From the human T2T-CHM13v2.0 reference genome, Homo sapiens: a DNA stretch of 64,000 nucleotides. This document shows positions 59,570 through 64,000 of the stretch, one piece after another. The position numbers and the translations under genes were made by a program. The notes under the pieces were generated by a model. The model saw only the letters and a list, made by a program, of their open reading frames with translations. It had not been told where the DNA came from and ran no database searches. Positions within the stretch are counted from its first letter, which is position 1, and every line of letters begins with the position of its first letter. The stretch lies in NCBI RefSeq assembly GCF_009914755.1, contig NC_060931.1; one strand, 5' to 3'.

Positions 59570-60538
59570 GTATGTGATGTTAATTCACTGTTCCACTTTC
59601 CTGATGAGTTTGCTGATACTTCCTTAAATTATTGAAGCATTTTTAAAAATCTAGATAGAAGCATTTACCATGTATATTATTATATCTATTTTTATAGTTT
59701 CTGGGAATTAACATACTTGATAAAATATCGCAGGATGTTAAACATTCCTGTTTATGAAATGTCGCAGTAGTCACCAGTCATTGTGACAATTTTAGATGGC
59801 TCCTATACATTCCCAGATACCTCCTGGGGAATGATGTCGCACCAGCTTAAGAACTATTGAGCAATAGAAATATTTGAACTTTAAAAAACCTTTAAAAACT
59901 TTTTAAATACAAGTTTTAAGGCTTGTATCCAGGTCCTAAATGGTAAAGTTTCCTAAATATTTTTAAACATTGCATGAAAATATCAATATTGTAATTTTTA
60001 AATGACTAAATTTGGCATTTTGTTTTCATAAATAATGTACTAAAGAATCTTAAATAATTGTCTTAAATGAAAGGGAGTCGGAACTGAATCTAGACACAAG
60101 CTTCAATTTAGTCAGTACTTTAAGCATCACTTAAGTGTACCAGTAACTTCTTTTCCTTCTTCTGTCCCTGTCCATTGCTATTTTCCATAAAGTGCTAAAA
60201 GGAGGAAAAAGAAGGACATTTGAGTAATTATAATCAAAGTTAATCAGAGGGGAAATCACCGATTGGTTTATTTTGCATTTTTCCAGAATAGATAAAACAT
60301 GTTTAATTTTGTAGAAAAAAATCAATATTTAAAAAGAAATATTAAATGTCTATTGTGTTAAGAGTAAGAATTTAGGTGGTGGCTATGTGGACATTCACTG
60401 TAAAATTATTACAGTTTTTCTGTGTGTTTGACATTTTTCACAATAAAATATTGGAAAAATACAAAAAGTTATTACTTTAAGAAACCTTAGAATTGTTGAT
60501 ATAGTTTTTCATGTTGTTCATGTTTTATTCTTTTGAAG

Positions 60539-60822
60539 GTGGTCTGGACAATGTGGAATATTACGATATTAAGTTGAACGAATGGAAGATGGTCTCACCA
60601 ATGCCATGGAAGGGTGTAACAGTGAAATGTGCAGCAGTTGGCTCTATAGTTTATGTCTTGGCTGGTTTTCAGGGTGTTGGTCGATTAGGACACATTCTCG
60701 AATATAATACCGAAACAGACAAATGGGTTGCCAACTCCAAAGTTCGTGCTTTTCCAGTCACAAGTTGTTTAATTTGTGTTGTCGATACTTGTGGAGCAAA
60801 TGAAGAGACCCTTGAAACATGA
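60539..60822 (+). CDS. KLHL7: KLHL7 last coding exon 11 (GLDNVEYYDIK...GANEETLET*)
   Basis: AAG acceptor; TGA at 60820-60822. Exons 2-11 sum to 1641 nt, which gives 586 aa with a 40-codon exon 1 outside the window. Confidence 0.97.
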
Positions 60823-61950
60823 AAAATGAGTGGACTTCAGACTCATCAGAGACTCTAAAATATAGCCACCAGTGCTTTGTTCCAGGAGTTTGGTGACAAA
60901 GTTTTGGTTTGGTGTTTTGGTAAAGAAAGTTTCAAGTGAAATGAGGTTCCTATAAAATAGATGTTTCTTTTATATGGATTTCCTTAATTCAAAGATCATA
61001 TTTTAGCTGGCCACAAAACCAAGAACATATCTAGCAAGAAAACTTGAAAAAGTATAAGCATTTGTTAAAAATGTGAATTTCTTGAATGAATTTCACATTT
61101 GTAACTATGATTTTGGCAGAATAGAAGATTGGCTCATCAGTGAAGCGCAGTATCTTAGCTCTAGATTCTATTTTCATGCATCACAGAAGTGCTATACGGT
61201 TAGGTCTGTTTGTGCTCAGTCAAGAACTAAGAAATAGTATGAATTGTAAGTCAAGATGGGCAACTCAGATGGAGCAGCTTAGTCTCACAGTTTGCTTGTC
61301 TATTTATTTTATTTAGTGCCAAATGTATTCCATTTTAAAAGTAAGCCAGAGTGAGTCAAGGCATATACACACTTTCTCACAAAACTTCCTAAACAGATTT
61401 GGGGGTTTAATATGTCCAACTCCTCATGAAATATATTCAATCCACTTAAATATATTCCATCTTTTTAACATAAAATGTAAAGCTTAGCACCCATCATTAA
61501 TTTATGTCTCTGTTTTATCCAGTGGTTAAAAAAGGATTCTGCCTCTTTAGTCCTCACTGTTAAATAAAACCCAATCATAGTAAGTGATTAACTAGCAAAA
61601 AGTAAAGCTATTTATAGCAAATTTCTAGATCATTAGAAAAGCACTGGTAGTTGTACAATATCAGTGTTGACTTTGAACTTCTTTAACGAGATCATGAATT
61701 CTTTTCCCTTAGCCAAAACATGAAATATTTAACCTAGTTGTCTCTAAAAGTTTTGTAATCATGAGTTAGATATATGTCATCTCCTATTCATTGCTTTTAT
61801 GTGATCAATAAATCTTTTACAAACCCAACTACTCATTTCCTTCCTAGTAATACTTTGCCTTTTTCACTGTGTATGGAATGAAACATGTAAAGCTGTCACA
61901 ATCAATGTTTTTATCTGATAATATTAAATATTTTTTAACTTAAAATAGGC
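60823..61950 (+). other. KLHL7: KLHL7 3'UTR with tandem polyadenylation signals
   Basis: Repeat-free AT-rich stretch after the stop. AATAAA at 61563 and 61807, ATTAAA at 61923. The 3' end is approximate and could extend further. Confidence 0.75.
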
Positions 61951-62198
61951 CACTCAGTTTGTTCTTCAAGTATTTTAGGTAATGGTTGTTTTTAGAATTT
62001 GTGAACCAGTGTCTCTTAATTTTCAGTTTTCTTTATATAGAGGTTATAATAGTCTTAAACCCTAAAAATGTTTAAATCAAAAAGGAATTAGGAAAAACAT
62101 AATGATAGGTATATTTCTATTTGTGTAGGGTTTTTTAATGTACAGCTTTATTGAGATATAATTCACATACCATACAATTCACCATTTAAAGTATACTA

Positions 62199-62475
<277 letters not shown>

Positions 62476-62634
62476 CTAAAAAAAAAAAAAAAAAAAAAAA
62501 AATGTATTATTCAGTGGTTTTTAATATATCCACAGAGTTACGCAACCATCACCACAATTTTAGAACATTTTCATCACCCCAAAAAGAAACCTTGTACTGA
62601 TTAGCAATGGTTCCCTATTTCCCCCAACGCCCCT

Positions 62635-63650
<1,016 letters not shown>

Positions 63651-64000
63651 AAACCTCCCAAACACCATAGCCCTAGGCAACCACTAATCTACTTTCTGTC
63701 TCTAGATTTGATTATTCTGAACATTTTTAGTAGGGTTTTCAATTTTGCACTCTATTGAAAAATGTGGCTAGTTTAATTTTTTGAGAGTGAAATATCCATT
63801 TATTATATTACAATATAGCTATATAATTTGACAATCTCCTATGTAGAATATACAGTACCTGTCTAAGATATTTTAAGTACACCAGCATTTCCTTTTAGGC
63901 TATGTCAATTGACTAGAACACACTATAGTAAATACATACACAGGTTTGATGTGGATTATAATGAAGTGGTTTTTTTCCTTAGTAATCTGTATCATAATTC

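Overview
Primate (almost certainly human) genomic DNA covering most of KLHL7, a BTB-BACK-Kelch CUL3 adaptor, on the + strand. Coding exons 2-11 and the 3'UTR are present; exon 1 lies upstream of the window. There are also two alternative exons: an ERV-derived cassette giving the MLGGTDCR... N-terminus, and a short terminal exon after exon 4. The introns hold about 38 Alus, a 4-kb L1, MLT/MER elements, an AK3 processed pseudogene, U2 and tRNA-Gly retro-fragments, and decayed ERV1 and ERV-L proviral remnants. The main unexpected signal is in intron 7 (about 43-52 kb). Manual six-frame reading there recovers decayed, collinear matches to bornavirus proteins in four separate segments: a near full-length glycoprotein G (- strand), two C-terminal nucleoprotein N fragments (one on each strand), and an M-like segment running into the L polymerase (+ strand). 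This looks like a dense cluster of endogenous bornavirus-like elements next to an ERV-L pol fossil. Viral comparisons use reference protein sequences recalled from memory and need tBLASTn/HMM confirmation. Repeat boundaries are approximate.
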